A stretch of DNA of 64,000 nt from NCBI GenBank assembly GCA_963771355.1, contig CAVYTA010000006.1, forward strand, positions 320,322 through 384,321. Reading direction: 5' to 3'. Of this stretch, positions 26,587 through 39,317 are shown piece after piece; within the stretch, counting starts at the first letter, position 1; each line of letters starts with the position of its first letter. The position numbers were made by a program, and so were the translations under genes. The notes beneath the pieces are model-generated. The model did not search any database, had not been told where the DNA came from, and worked only from the letters and a program-made list of their open reading frames with translations. The DNA is from an uncultured Candidatus Rokubacteria bacterium (GTDB lineage Bacteria > Methylomirabilota > Methylomirabilia > Rokubacteriales > CSP1-6).

Positions 26587-28881
26587 ATGGCCGAGACGAA
26601 TGGGCATTCCCAGGGGAATGGGCAGCACGTTGTCGGTACCCGCACCGTCCGCCCGGACGGACTGGACAAGGTCACCGGTCGCGCCCGCTTCGGCGCCGAC
26701 TTCAACCTGGCCGGCCAGCTCATCGGCCGGGTGCTGCGGAGCCCGCACCCGCATGCGCGCATCGTCTCGATCGACACCTCGAAAGCGGAGGCGCTGCCCG
26801 GCGTGAAGGCCGTGGTGACCCGGGACGATTTCCCCGACCAGCCGTCGGAGTTCATCCCCGCCGGCGAGATGATGATGAACTACAAGGACGTGGTGCGGAA
26901 CGTCATGGCCCGCGAGAAGGTGCTGTACGAGGGGCACGCGGTGGCCGCGGTGGCCGCCACCAGCACCGCCATCGCCCGGCGCGCGGTCAAGCTCATCGAC
27001 GTGAAGTACGAGGTGCTGCCCCACGTCATCGACGTGGTCGAGGCCATGCGCCCCGACGCCCCGCTGCTCCACGACGATCTCTTCACGGCGGGGGTCGAGC
27101 CCAAGCCCGAGAAGCCCTCCAACATCGCCAAGCGCGTGGAGGTCAAGCAGGGCGACGTCGAAGCCGGCTTCAAGCTGGCCGACATCATCGTCGAGCGCGA
27201 GTTCAAGACCGCGCCGGTACACCAGGGCTATATCGAGCCGCATGCTGCCCTCGCCACCGTCTCCGAGGATGGCTCCGCCGAGGTTTGGACCACCACCCAG
27301 GGCCACTTCATCGTGCGCGCCCACTGCGCCCGGCTGCTCGGGCTGGACATCGGCAAGGTCCGCGTCACCGCGACCGAGATCGGCGGCGGCTTCGGCGGCA
27401 AGACGGTGGTTTATCTCGAGCCGCTGGCCATCGCGCTGTCCCGGAAGGCCAATCGCCCGGTGAAGATGGTCATGTCGCGCGAGGAAGTGTTCAAGGCCTC
27501 CGGCCCGACCTCCGGCGCGACGGTGCGGGTGAAGATGGGCGCCACCAAGGGCGGCAAGTTCGTGGCGGGCTTCGCGGAGCTCAAGTACCAGGCGGGCGCC
27601 TTCCAGGGCTCGCCGGTGCAGCCCGGCACCATGTGCGCCTACGCGCCTTACGACATCGAGCACGTGTACGTGATCGGCTACGACGTGGTGTCGAATCGGC
27701 CGAAGGTGGCGGCGTATCGGGCGCCCGGCGCGCCGATCTCGGAGTACGCGGTCGAGAGCGTGGTGGACGAGATCGCCAAGAAGCTCGACATCGACCCCAT
27801 CGACCTCCGCATGCAGAACGCCGCGCGCGAAGGCACCAAGGCGGCCTACGGCCCCAAGTTCGGCCCCATCGGGCTCGAGGAGACACTGAACGCGATCAAG
27901 AAGACCGAGCACTGGAACGCCCCGCTGCGGAAGTGGCAGGGCCGCGGCGTGGCCTCCGGCTTCTGGTTCAATATCGGCGGCGAGACCTGCGTCTCGCTGA
28001 CGGTGAACGAGGACGGCACGGTCTCGCTGATGGCGGGCACGCCCGATATCGGCGGGCTGCGCGCCTCCCTGGCCGCGGTGGCCGCGGACGAGCTGGGCGT
28101 GCCCTACGACAAGGTGCGCCCCATCATCGGCGACACCGGCTCGCTGGGCTTCAACTTCCTCACCGGCGGCAGCCGCTCGGCCTTCTCGGGCTCCATGGCC
28201 ATCGTGGAGGCGGCCAAGCAGATCAAGGCGGACCTCTGCGCGCGCGCCTGCAAGCTGTGGGAGGCCAAGCCGGACCAGGTCGAGTTCTCGGAGGGCCACG
28301 TGCGACCGCTGGGCGCGCTGGCCGAGAAGGTCAAGCCGATGTCGGTGGTGGACTTCGCCAAGGTGGCCGGCAAGACCGGCGGGCCCATCGGCGGCGTGGG
28401 GCGCATCAATGCCCAGGGCGCCGGGCCGAGCTTCGGGACCCACCTGGTGGACCTCGAGGTGGATCCGGAAACCGGCCGGACCACCATCCTGCGCTATACC
28501 GTCGCCCAGGACGCGGGGCGGGCGCTGCACCCCGCCTATGTCGAGGGACAGTACCAGGGCGGCGCGGTGCAGGGGATCGGCTGGGCGCTGAACGAGGAGT
28601 ACATCTACGGCGAGGACGGCAAGCTGCAGAACGCCGGCTTCCTCGACTACCGCATGCCGGTGGCCTCCGACGTGCCGATGATCGACGCCATCCTGGTCGA
28701 GGTAGCCAACCCCAAGCATCCGTATGGCGTCCGCGGCGTCGGCGAGACGCCCATCGTCCCGCCGCTGGGGGCCATCGCCAACGCCATGGAGGCCGCCACC
28801 GGCATCCGCTTCACCGAGCTGCCGATGTCGCCGCCCAAGGTGCTCAAGGCACTCAAGGACAAGGGCCTCGCCAAGGTCTGA
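26587..28881 (+). CDS. Molybdopterin-binding large subunit of xanthine-dehydrogenase/aldehyde-oxidoreductase family (CoxL/CutL-like; not a bona fide CO dehydrogenase)
   Basis: 764 aa. Ald_Xan_dh_C and C2 domain resemblance (GGGFGGK, ...VGETPIVPPLGAIANA...). Lacks the VAYRCSFR CODH active-site loop. Confidence 0.85.
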   Translation: MAETNGHSQGNGQHVVGTRTVRPDGLDKVTGRARFGADFNLAGQLIGRVLRSPHPHARIVSIDTSKAEALPGVKAVVTRDDFPDQPSEFIPAGEMMMNYKDVVRNVMAREKVLYEGHAVAAVAATSTAIARRAVKLIDVKYEVLPHVIDVVEAMRPDAPLLHDDLFTAGVEPKPEKPSNIAKRVEVKQGDVEAGFKLADIIVEREFKTAPVHQGYIEPHAALATVSEDGSAEVWTTTQGHFIVRAHCARLLGLDIGKVRVTATEIGGGFGGKTVVYLEPLAIALSRKANRPVKMVMSREEVFKASGPTSGATVRVKMGATKGGKFVAGFAELKYQAGAFQGSPVQPGTMCAYAPYDIEHVYVIGYDVVSNRPKVAAYRAPGAPISEYAVESVVDEIAKKLDIDPIDLRMQNAAREGTKAAYGPKFGPIGLEETLNAIKKTEHWNAPLRKWQGRGVASGFWFNIGGETCVSLTVNEDGTVSLMAGTPDIGGLRASLAAVAADELGVPYDKVRPIIGDTGSLGFNFLTGGSRSAFSGSMAIVEAAKQIKADLCARACKLWEAKPDQVEFSEGHVRPLGALAEKVKPMSVVDFAKVAGKTGGPIGGVGRINAQGAGPSFGTHLVDLEVDPETGRTTILRYTVAQDAGRALHPAYVEGQYQGGAVQGIGWALNEEYIYGEDGKLQNAGFLDYRMPVASDVPMIDAILVEVANPKHPYGVRGVGETPIVPPLGAIANAMEAATGIRFTELPMSPPKVLKALKDKGLAKV

Positions 28882-28889
28882 GATCGGAC

Positions 28890-29147
28890 ATGGCGAAGGT
28901 GGTGCTGATTGGCAACCTCGCCCAGCTCACGGGGGGCATCGCCGAGTTTCAGCTTGCGGTTTCGTCGGTGAAGCAGCTCTTCGATCAGCTCGGCGCTCTG
29001 CATCCGGAACTCCGCCGCCACCTCGATGACGGGGTGGCGGTGGCCATCGACGGCCAGATCTACCAGGACTCGCTGCTGGAGCCCATCGCGCCCGACAGCG
29101 AGGTCTATCTCCTCCCGCAGATCGCGGGAGGAGCGATGTCCCCCTGA
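28890..29147 (+). CDS. MoaD/ThiS-family ubiquitin-like sulfur-carrier protein with a 4-residue extension (AMSP) after the Gly-Gly motif
   Basis: 85 aa, beta-grasp-like (MAKVVLIGNLAQLTGG...VAIDGQIYQD...EVYLLPQIAGG-AMSP). Starts 9 nt after the CoxL stop. Confidence 0.65.
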   Translation: MAKVVLIGNLAQLTGGIAEFQLAVSSVKQLFDQLGALHPELRRHLDDGVAVAIDGQIYQDSLLEPIAPDSEVYLLPQIAGGAMSP

Positions 29148-29176
29148 TCCGCCGCGGTCTCGCCGCGCTCGCCCTC

Positions 29177-29827
29177 GTGGTGCTCGGCGTGCTGGCCGTC
29201 CGCGCGGACGCCCAGAGTCTCTTCGACTACATCTCCTTCGACGGCGTCGACTATGTTCGGTGGGCGGAGGAGCCCGGCCGGTTGCTGGAGCGGGGCGACC
29301 TCGGGCCCGAGTTCGGCGTGGTCACGTGCTCCTTCGGAGAGGACTCCCGGAGCTGTCCCTACGGGATCGACGCGGGTGCGGCATACATGCCGGCGGGGAC
29401 GCGCATCCATGCCGTCCGCGGCTACGCGACGGATTTCCGGCTCGCCGCGGTGTGGAAGGACCGGATCTTCCTCTACCAGGCCTGGCGGAACCCGCGCGCT
29501 CGGACGGGCCGTGACCTCTTCGACATCGGCGGCAAGGTGCGGGCCATCGACGTGCAGCGCGGCGAGGCGGCGGCGTCTGGGGTAGGGGTGCACGCCACCA
29601 TCGCCGGGCCCCGGGACGTCGAGGCGCTCGTGGACCTGATCGTGCGCGCGGCGGTGCGACGGCCGTCTCCGCACGCGGTGGGCGAGCCGCGCTACTGGCT
29701 CACCTTCTGGCTGACCGACGGGACCACCCTGGGCCGGCCCTATTTCCCCGACTCGGGCGAGCTGCTGGGCGGGGTGGTACTGCCCGCGGAGTTCCGCGCC
29801 CTCGTCGAGGGCCACCTCCCCGACTGA
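29177..29827 (+). CDS. Hypothetical protein, probably secreted (function unknown)
   Basis: 216 aa ORF from GTG 29177. The in-frame upstream sequence (from 29144, LIRRGLAALALVVLGVLAVRA|DAQS) is a textbook signal peptide but has no ATG/GTG/TTG start. This suggests a CTG start at 29144, which would overlap the MoaD-like stop, or a mis-called start. Confidence 0.45.
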   Translation: MVLGVLAVRADAQSLFDYISFDGVDYVRWAEEPGRLLERGDLGPEFGVVTCSFGEDSRSCPYGIDAGAAYMPAGTRIHAVRGYATDFRLAAVWKDRIFLYQAWRNPRARTGRDLFDIGGKVRAIDVQRGEAAASGVGVHATIAGPRDVEALVDLIVRAAVRRPSPHAVGEPRYWLTFWLTDGTTLGRPYFPDSGELLGGVVLPAEFRALVEGHLPD

Positions 29828-29843
29828 CTACGCGCGCGGGCGC

Positions 29844-32837
<2,994 letters not shown>

Positions 32838-32849
32838 GTCCGCGATTGA

Positions 32850-33914
32850 CTACGCGCGCTGGAGATCGCGCGTGAGCGCCGGGGCCACGTCGGACGCGAA
32901 GAGCCGCATGGAGCGGAGCGCATGCCGGGTGTCGAGCCCGGGCAGCGCCATCAGCAGCAGCACTCGCTGATAGCCGGTGGCCTGGAGATAGGACTGCAGC
33001 CCCTCCCGCACCTCGCCCGGCGTGCCGACCAGGGCCCAGCCATCGTCCAGATAGCTCTGGAAGGAGCGCAGGCGCAGCAGCGAGCGGTCGAAGGAGCCGG
33101 GGACGGAGCCGCCGGTGGCGTCCGAGCGTAGCGCCGCCATCTTCCGCTGATAGCCCATGAAGGCGGGCTCCACGGCCTCGAGGGCCTCGCCGCGGTCGGG
33201 CGCCACGTGCACCACCCGCATGCCCCAGGATCGGCGCTCGAGAGCCTCGATCTCCGCAGCCGTGCGGCCCGCGGCGGTGGAGGCCTCCCGATACACGGCA
33301 TGCCGCCGGACGAGCTCGTCCACCGGCACGAAGAAGGACGACTGGGTGGGCAGGCCGAGGAGCGCGGCCGAGCGCACGCTGTCCTCGCTGTTGGCGGCGA
33401 TGTAGAGCGGGGGATGCGGGCGCTGCGTGGGGCGCGGGCGCACGTGGAGGCCCTCGGCCGAGTGGAACCGGCCCTGGAAGTCGAAGGGCGCGCCGCTCCA
33501 GCACTGCCGCATCAGGGCGATGCCTTCCTCGACCCGGCCGCGGCTGTCGGCGCGGTCGGACTGGAACGTCTGGTAGTCCTGCAGCGTGCCGCCGCGCCCG
33601 ATCCCCACCTCGAGACGGCCCCCGCTCACCACGTCCAGCACCGCGAGCTGCTCGGCCAGGTCCACGGGATGGTGCAGGGGGAGCAGGCTCACCCCCATGC
33701 CGAGGCGCAGCGTGGTGGTGCGGGCGGCGACGAAGGCAGCCAGGACCGGGGGGACGGGACAGAGGCCGTAGTCGTTGAAGTGATGCTCGGCGATCCAGGC
33801 CGAGGAATAGCCGAGGGCTTCGGCGGCCAGCATCTGCTCGAGCGCGGAGTCGTACACTGCCGCCTCGCTCCACTGCTCGTCGCGCTGCATGAGGAAGAAG
33901 AGACCGAATTCCAT
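32850..33914 (-). CDS. LLM-class flavin-dependent oxidoreductase (luciferase-like monooxygenase)
   Basis: ~354 aa from MEFGLFFLMQ... (the internal ATG; the long Arg-rich upstream extension is rejected). LLM motifs (GYSSAWIAEHHF; SGGRLEVGIGRG). Stop is 12 nt upstream of the GAF-kinase start. Confidence 0.8.
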   Translation of the reverse strand: MEFGLFFLMQRDEQWSEAAVYDSALEQMLAAEALGYSSAWIAEHHFNDYGLCPVPPVLAAFVAARTTTLRLGMGVSLLPLHHPVDLAEQLAVLDVVSGGRLEVGIGRGGTLQDYQTFQSDRADSRGRVEEGIALMRQCWSGAPFDFQGRFHSAEGLHVRPRPTQRPHPPLYIAANSEDSVRSAALLGLPTQSSFFVPVDELVRRHAVYREASTAAGRTAAEIEALERRSWGMRVVHVAPDRGEALEAVEPAFMGYQRKMAALRSDATGGSVPGSFDRSLLRLRSFQSYLDDGWALVGTPGEVREGLQSYLQATGYQRVLLLMALPGLDTRHALRSMRLFASDVAPALTRDLQRA

Positions 33915-33925
33915 GAGTCCCCCGG

Positions 33926-34765
33926 TCAGGATTTCATGACCTTCGCGTAGGCATCGAGCCGCGGCAGGATCGACTCGCGCCCCTCCGACGGCAGCCCGAA
34001 GATCGCGCGCACCACCCCGGCGGCCGCGAGGCCGTCCAGGACCTCGCGCTTGGGGGGAGCGAAGAAGATGGAGACCGGCGCGGAGCGGGGATCGCGGCCG
34101 GCCTGCTTCAAGCGCTCGTGCAGCTCCGCGATGCGCGGCACCGGGTTGGTGTGGGGCCGGAGGATCGGCATCCAGCCGTCGCCGAACTCCACCACCCGGT
34201 CGAACGTCTTCGCTCCGTCGCCGCCGATGATGACGGGCGGGTGGGGCTTCTGCAGCGGCTTCGGGTCCGCCCAGATCTTGTCGAAGCGCACGAACTCGCC
34301 CTGGAAGCTCGCTTCCTTCTGGGTCCAGATGGCCTTCATGGCGAGGACGCGCTCGCGGAGGAGCCGCCAGCGGCTCTTCCACACGGTGCCGTGGTTCTCC
34401 ATCTCTTCCGCATTCCAGCCACCCCCGATGCCGAAGAGGACCCGACCGCCCGACAGGCGGTCGAGGGTGGCCACTTCCTTGGCGGTGACGATGGGATCGC
34501 GCTCGATGACGAGACAGATGCCGGTGCCGAGGCGAAGCCGCTTGGTGGCCCCGGCCGCCGCCATCAGCGCGACGAAGGGGTCATAGGCCGACCAGTACTC
34601 GCGGGGCAGCTCGCCGCCTCCCGGCCAGGGGCTGCGCCGGCTGGCGGGAATATGGGTGTGCTCGGGGAACCACACCGACTCGAAGCCGCGCTCCTCGAGG
34701 GCCCGGGCCAGGTCGTCCGGGGCCATCGAGTACTCGGTGGGGAACATCACGACGCCGTGGTCCAT
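33926..34765 (-). CDS. LLM-class F420-dependent oxidoreductase
   Basis: 279 aa from MDHGVVMFPTEYSM... Paralog of the 24329..25183 product. Stop is 9 nt from the next LLM start (operon with the GAF kinase). Confidence 0.85.
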   Translation of the reverse strand: MDHGVVMFPTEYSMAPDDLARALEERGFESVWFPEHTHIPASRRSPWPGGGELPREYWSAYDPFVALMAAAGATKRLRLGTGICLVIERDPIVTAKEVATLDRLSGGRVLFGIGGGWNAEEMENHGTVWKSRWRLLRERVLAMKAIWTQKEASFQGEFVRFDKIWADPKPLQKPHPPVIIGGDGAKTFDRVVEFGDGWMPILRPHTNPVPRIAELHERLKQAGRDPRSAPVSIFFAPPKREVLDGLAAAGVVRAIFGLPSEGRESILPRLDAYAKVMKS

Positions 34766-34917
34766 GATGGGCCTCCTTGGGCTCGCGGCCAAGCATACGC
34801 CAGGCGGGACCGCCCGTGCTCGCCGGTCAATCGGGCACACGTTCCGGACCCCGCGAGACGCCGTCACGCGCTGAGCGCGTCGCGCGCAGGGCATCCCCGC
34901 TGCGGTAGCATGGGCGG

Positions 34918-36018
34918 GTGACACCGCCCGGCCATGTCGTGGTGTGCGGCGCCGGCGTCGTGGGCGCCGCGGTCGCCTATTTCCTCGCCGAGCGCGGGGT
35001 GGCGGTCACCGTGGTGGAGCGCACGGGGGTGGCCTGCGCCGCCTCGGGCAAGTCCGGCGGCTTCCTCGCCCTGGACTGGTGCGACAGCTCGCCGCTGGGT
35101 CCGCTGGCCCGCGCGAGCTTCGCGCTCCATGCCGACCTCGCCCGCGAGCTCGGTGCCGACTATGGCTACCGGCGCATGGATACCTTCATGGTGGCCGCGC
35201 GCGAGGGGGCGGCCGTGCGCGGCGGCCACCGGATTCCCGCGCCGTCATGGCCCAAGCCGTCATGGATGGACGGCCGCGCCATCGTCGCGAGCACGCTCGG
35301 CTCCACCGAGACCACCGCGCAGGTGCATCCCGCCCGCTTCACCACCGCGCTGCTGGACGCCGCGCGGGCGAAGGGCGCCACCCTGCGCCTGGGCGTGGTG
35401 GAGGGAGTGGCGGTGCGCAACGGCGTGGCCCGCGGCGTCCAGGTGAGCGGCGAGACGCTCGTCGCCGACGCCGTGGTCCTCGCCCTGGGCCCGTGGACCA
35501 GCCGCGCCGCGCGGGGGCTGCGCCTTCCCGCGGTGCGCGGGCTCAAGGGCTATAGCGTGACGCTCGCCGGGGCGGACGTGCCCGCGCACGCGCTCTTCAT
35601 GGACTACCGCACCGCCGACGGCCGCGCGCTGGAGCCCGAGATCATCCCGCGGCCGGACGGCGAGGTCTATGTGTGCGGGATGGCCGATCGGCAGCCGCTG
35701 CCGGAGTCGGCGGAGGGCGTGGAGGTCAGCGAGGCCGCCTGCGCCGTGCTCGCCCGCGCCGCCGGCCAGGTCGCCGCAATCCTCGCCGGGGCGACCGTCA
35801 CCCGGCGGCAGGCCTGCTATCGTCCCGTCACCGACGACGGGCTCCCCCTCATCGGCCCCGTGCCCGGCGTCGCGGGCGCCTACGTGGCGACCGGGCATGG
35901 CCCCTGGGGCATGCTCAATGCGCCCGCCACCGGGCTCGCGCTGGCGGAGCTGATCGCCGGCGGCGCGGCGAAGGTGGTGGACCTCCGCGCCTTCGATCCC
36001 GCGCGCTTCCGCGCGTAG
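34918..36018 (+). CDS. FAD-dependent oxidoreductase (DAO / glycine-oxidase-like family)
   Basis: 366 aa. N-terminal Rossmann GxGxxG (VVVCGAGVVGAAVAYFLAERG) and the C-terminal DAO motif (GLPLIGPVPGVAGAYVATGHGPWGM). GTG start. Confidence 0.8.
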   Translation: MTPPGHVVVCGAGVVGAAVAYFLAERGVAVTVVERTGVACAASGKSGGFLALDWCDSSPLGPLARASFALHADLARELGADYGYRRMDTFMVAAREGAAVRGGHRIPAPSWPKPSWMDGRAIVASTLGSTETTAQVHPARFTTALLDAARAKGATLRLGVVEGVAVRNGVARGVQVSGETLVADAVVLALGPWTSRAARGLRLPAVRGLKGYSVTLAGADVPAHALFMDYRTADGRALEPEIIPRPDGEVYVCGMADRQPLPESAEGVEVSEAACAVLARAAGQVAAILAGATVTRRQACYRPVTDDGLPLIGPVPGVAGAYVATGHGPWGMLNAPATGLALAELIAGGAAKVVDLRAFDPARFRA

Positions 36019-36019
36019 C

Positions 36020-37078
36020 TCAGCGGGGGGCGCGGAGACCGGCGGCGGCGAGGCGCGGGAACACCGTGTCGCGGAACGCGGCCACCTCCGCCTCCGGTGG
36101 GGCGAAGGTCAGGAGCGGCATCAGGTAGAGGTTCCGCACTCCCAGCCTGGCGAGCTCGACCACGCGCGCGGCGCAGTCCTCCGGCGTGCCGATGAGCCCG
36201 ATGGCGTCGCAGAGCTGCGCCACCACCTCGTCGGGGACGAATGACGTGGCCTTGATGGCGGCCTCCCAGTCATGCGCGTGGGAGAGATCGGGATAGACCT
36301 GGTGTACCGCGGCGGGGATCTCGAGCGGAGGCAGCGTGAGGCCGGCGGGCCCGAGCCAGTAGCCGCCCCAGCGCAGGATGCCCCAGTGCACCGCGGTGGG
36401 GCGCGCCATGCGCCGCGCCTCCTCGGTGGTCTTCATGGTCGCCGTCCGCACCGCCCAGATGACCTCGAGGTCGTCGACCTTTCGTCCCGCCCGCCGGGCT
36501 CCGCGCTCCAGATGGCCGAGCGCGGTCTCCACGATGCCGCGATTCGATCCCACCAGCAGGAGCACGCCGTCGGCGACCTCCCCCGCCACCTCGATGGCCT
36601 TGGGGCCGGACGCCGCCATCAGGACGGGGATGCGGCGACCCGAGGCGTAGCCGAGACGTCCCGGCGTGCCTCCGAAGTCGACGGACTTGCCGGCCAGGAG
36701 CTCGCGCACCGACTGGATGCAGGCGCGCATCTCGGCCAGGGTGCCCGGCGCGCGGCCGATGGTGCTGGCCGAGGTGTAGCCGGTGCCGATCACGAACTTC
36801 ACGCGTCCCGGCGCCAGCTCCTCCACGGTCTGGATCGCGCTCGCCAGCACGGACGCGTGACGGGTGAAGGGATTGGTGACGGCGGGAAAGAGCGCCATCC
36901 GCGACGTGTGCGCGGCGGCCTGGCCCAGCACCACGAAGGTGTCGCGGCTGAGGAGCTGGCTGTCGAGGATGCCGGCGCCGTCGAAGCCCGCCGCCTCGAT
37001 GGACTGGATGAAGCGCACGAGGTCGGGCATGGGCGCGGTGCCGGGGACACGGAGGTGGACGCGGACGGGCTCGCTCAT
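36020..37078 (-). CDS. LLM-class F420-dependent oxidoreductase
   Basis: 352 aa from MSEPVRVHLRV... The 5' half of the 617-aa track ORF is a Ser/Ala-rich non-coding-looking extension and is rejected. LLM motifs are present. Confidence 0.8.
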   Translation of the reverse strand: MSEPVRVHLRVPGTAPMPDLVRFIQSIEAAGFDGAGILDSQLLSRDTFVVLGQAAAHTSRMALFPAVTNPFTRHASVLASAIQTVEELAPGRVKFVIGTGYTSASTIGRAPGTLAEMRACIQSVRELLAGKSVDFGGTPGRLGYASGRRIPVLMAASGPKAIEVAGEVADGVLLLVGSNRGIVETALGHLERGARRAGRKVDDLEVIWAVRTATMKTTEEARRMARPTAVHWGILRWGGYWLGPAGLTLPPLEIPAAVHQVYPDLSHAHDWEAAIKATSFVPDEVVAQLCDAIGLIGTPEDCAARVVELARLGVRNLYLMPLLTFAPPEAEVAAFRDTVFPRLAAAGLRAPR

Positions 37079-37184
37079 TGGTCGGGGTCCTCGCTGCGGC
37101 GGAGTATAACCTGCGCGTGATATAGTTGGCGCCGCTCGATCCGGTGAGCCTGGCGCTTCACTCCAATGACGGAGGGCCCCCTCG

Positions 37185-38402
37185 ATGACCGTCCCCGGCC
37201 GCATTCTCACGCTCGCCCTCGCCCTGGCCCTGGCCGTGCCCCTGGTCGGGCCTTCGCCCGCGCCCGCCGTCGACGACGTCAAGATCGCGCTGGTCGCCCC
37301 GCTCTCCGGCCGCTGGGCGCGCCAGGGACAGCTCAAGAAGATGGGCGCGGAGATGGCGATCGAGGAGATCAATAGCCAGGGCGGCATCAAGGCCCTGGGC
37401 GGCGCCAAGATCGTCCTGCGCGAGGCCGACGCGGGGGACAGCGTGGAGAAGGCGGTGAGCGCCGCCCAGCGCGTCCTCACGCGCGAGAAGATCAGCGCGG
37501 GCATCGGCTCCTGGCTCAGCTCGTTCACGCTGGGTGTCACCGAGGTGGCGGAGCGGCTGCAGGTGCCGTGGCTATCGCTCTCGTACGCGGACAGCATCAC
37601 GGAGCGCGGCTTCAAGTACACCTTCCAGACTTCCCCGGTGTCCTCCCAGCAGGCGGAGCAGGCCCTGGACCTGGTGGTGGACCTCGCGAAGAAGAACAAC
37701 CAGCCGATCAAGAAGGCGGCGCTGGTGGGCGACAATACCGCCGCCACCGTATTCTTCTTCAAGCCGCTCCGGGAGAAGCTGCTCAAGGAAAAGGGCATCG
37801 AGCTGGTGGTGGACGAGGTGTGGACGCCGCCGCTGGCGGACGCCACCTCCATCGTGCAGAAGCTCCGCACCACCCAGCCCGACCTCGTCTTCTACGGCGC
37901 CACCAATTTCCCGGACTCCATCCAGGTGCTCCAGAAGGTGAAGGAGTTCGGGCTCAAGACCCATATCCAGGGGGTGGGCGCGTGGCTGGTCACCCCGGAG
38001 TACGTGACCACGGTGGGCAAGGAGCTCCTCGAGAGCATCCAGTCCGTCGTCGCCTCCCATCCGCTCAAGGGCCAGGAAGAGCTGGTGAAGAAGTTCGTGA
38101 AGCGGACGGGCGAGCCCTTCATGACCCAGGATCCGCTCTGCACCTACGCGCATGTCTGGCTCATCAAGGAGGCGGCCGAGCAGGCGAAGTCGGCCGACCC
38201 CAAGGCCATTCGTGACGCCCTGGCCAAGATCGACCTGACCACCGGGCCTGCCGCCGGCGCGCTGGCGCCGGGGCGCATCCGGTTCGACGAGCGGGGCCGC
38301 CGGATCGGCGCAGTACCGCTCATCGTGCAGTGGCAGAAGGGCGAGCCGTACACGGTGGTGCCGGCGAACCTGGCCACGCGGCCCATCGTCTGGACCAAGT
38401 AG
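37185..38402 (+). CDS. livK: Branched-chain amino acid ABC transporter substrate-binding protein (LivK/LivJ family, periplasmic binding protein type I)
   Basis: 405 aa. Signal peptide. Leu/Ile/Val-binding-protein family pattern (KIALVAPLSG...QGGI...). Confidence 0.85.
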   Translation: MTVPGRILTLALALALAVPLVGPSPAPAVDDVKIALVAPLSGRWARQGQLKKMGAEMAIEEINSQGGIKALGGAKIVLREADAGDSVEKAVSAAQRVLTREKISAGIGSWLSSFTLGVTEVAERLQVPWLSLSYADSITERGFKYTFQTSPVSSQQAEQALDLVVDLAKKNNQPIKKAALVGDNTAATVFFFKPLREKLLKEKGIELVVDEVWTPPLADATSIVQKLRTTQPDLVFYGATNFPDSIQVLQKVKEFGLKTHIQGVGAWLVTPEYVTTVGKELLESIQSVVASHPLKGQEELVKKFVKRTGEPFMTQDPLCTYAHVWLIKEAAEQAKSADPKAIRDALAKIDLTTGPAAGALAPGRIRFDERGRRIGAVPLIVQWQKGEPYTVVPANLATRPIVWTK

Positions 38403-38424
38403 CGCGCCGCCCCGGCGCGCCGTC

Positions 38425-39315
38425 GTGGCCAGCGAGCTCACGCAGTACGTCGTGACGGGCCTGCTCGTGGGGGGCGTCTATGCCCTCATGAGCGTCGGGC
38501 TCGCTCTCATCTTCGGCGTCATGCGCGTGGTGAACTTCGCGCAGGGCGACTTCATGATGCTGGGGATGTACCTGACCTATTTCTACGCGGTGGCGCTGGG
38601 CATCGATCCGCTGCTCGGCGCGCTGGTGACCATCCCGCCCTTCTTCGTGGCGGGGCTCGTCCTCCATCGCGTCTTTCTCGCGCGCGTCACCGGGGGCGGC
38701 GACCCGAATCGCGAGATGGATGCCCAGCTCATCCTGACCCTCGGCATGTCGCTCATCATCACCAATGCCACCACCATGATCCTCTCGCCCACGCCGCGGG
38801 CGATCCGGACGGCCTACGCCACCCAGGCGTTCGCGCTCGGGCCGGTGCTGCTCAACCAGGCGCGGACGTATGCCTTCCTCATGGCGATCCTGCTCTCGGG
38901 CGCGATGTACGCCTTCCTCACCCGGACCGATCTCGGCAAGGCGCTGCGCGCGGCGGCGGACGATCCGGAGGCGGCGAGCTATCAGGGGATCAACGTGCGC
39001 GCGATGCACGGCGTCGCCTTCGGGGTGGGGATCGCCCTGGTGGCGGCCGCGGGCGGGCTGCTCGCCACCTACTACCCGATCGAGCCCAATGTCGCCGTCA
39101 ACTTCATCGTGCTGATGTTCGTCGCCGTGGTTCTCGGTGGCCTGGGGAGCATACCCGGCGCTTTCGTGGGGGGGCTCGCGATCGGGCTGGTGCAGTCCCT
39201 CACCCTGCTCGTGCTGCCGCTCCAGCTCCAGAACGTCGGGGTCTTCGTCGCGTTCCTGGGGGTCCTCTACGTGCGGCCGCAGGGTCTCTTCGGCCGCCGC
39301 GCCCGGACCGTCTAG
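38425..39315 (+). CDS. livH: Branched-chain amino acid ABC transporter permease (LivH family)
   Basis: 296 aa, ~8 TM helices, conserved LivH features. GTG start. Confidence 0.85.
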   Translation: MASELTQYVVTGLLVGGVYALMSVGLALIFGVMRVVNFAQGDFMMLGMYLTYFYAVALGIDPLLGALVTIPPFFVAGLVLHRVFLARVTGGGDPNREMDAQLILTLGMSLIITNATTMILSPTPRAIRTAYATQAFALGPVLLNQARTYAFLMAILLSGAMYAFLTRTDLGKALRAAADDPEAASYQGINVRAMHGVAFGVGIALVAAAGGLLATYYPIEPNVAVNFIVLMFVAVVLGGLGSIPGAFVGGLAIGLVQSLTLLVLPLQLQNVGVFVAFLGVLYVRPQGLFGRRARTV

Positions 39316-39317
39316 CG

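Noticed and set aside
25777-28719. 980-aa minus-strand ORF opposite the CoxS/CoxL genes
   Set aside because: Antisense artefact of high GC. The plus-strand genes carry unambiguous 2Fe-2S and Mo-hydroxylase motifs.
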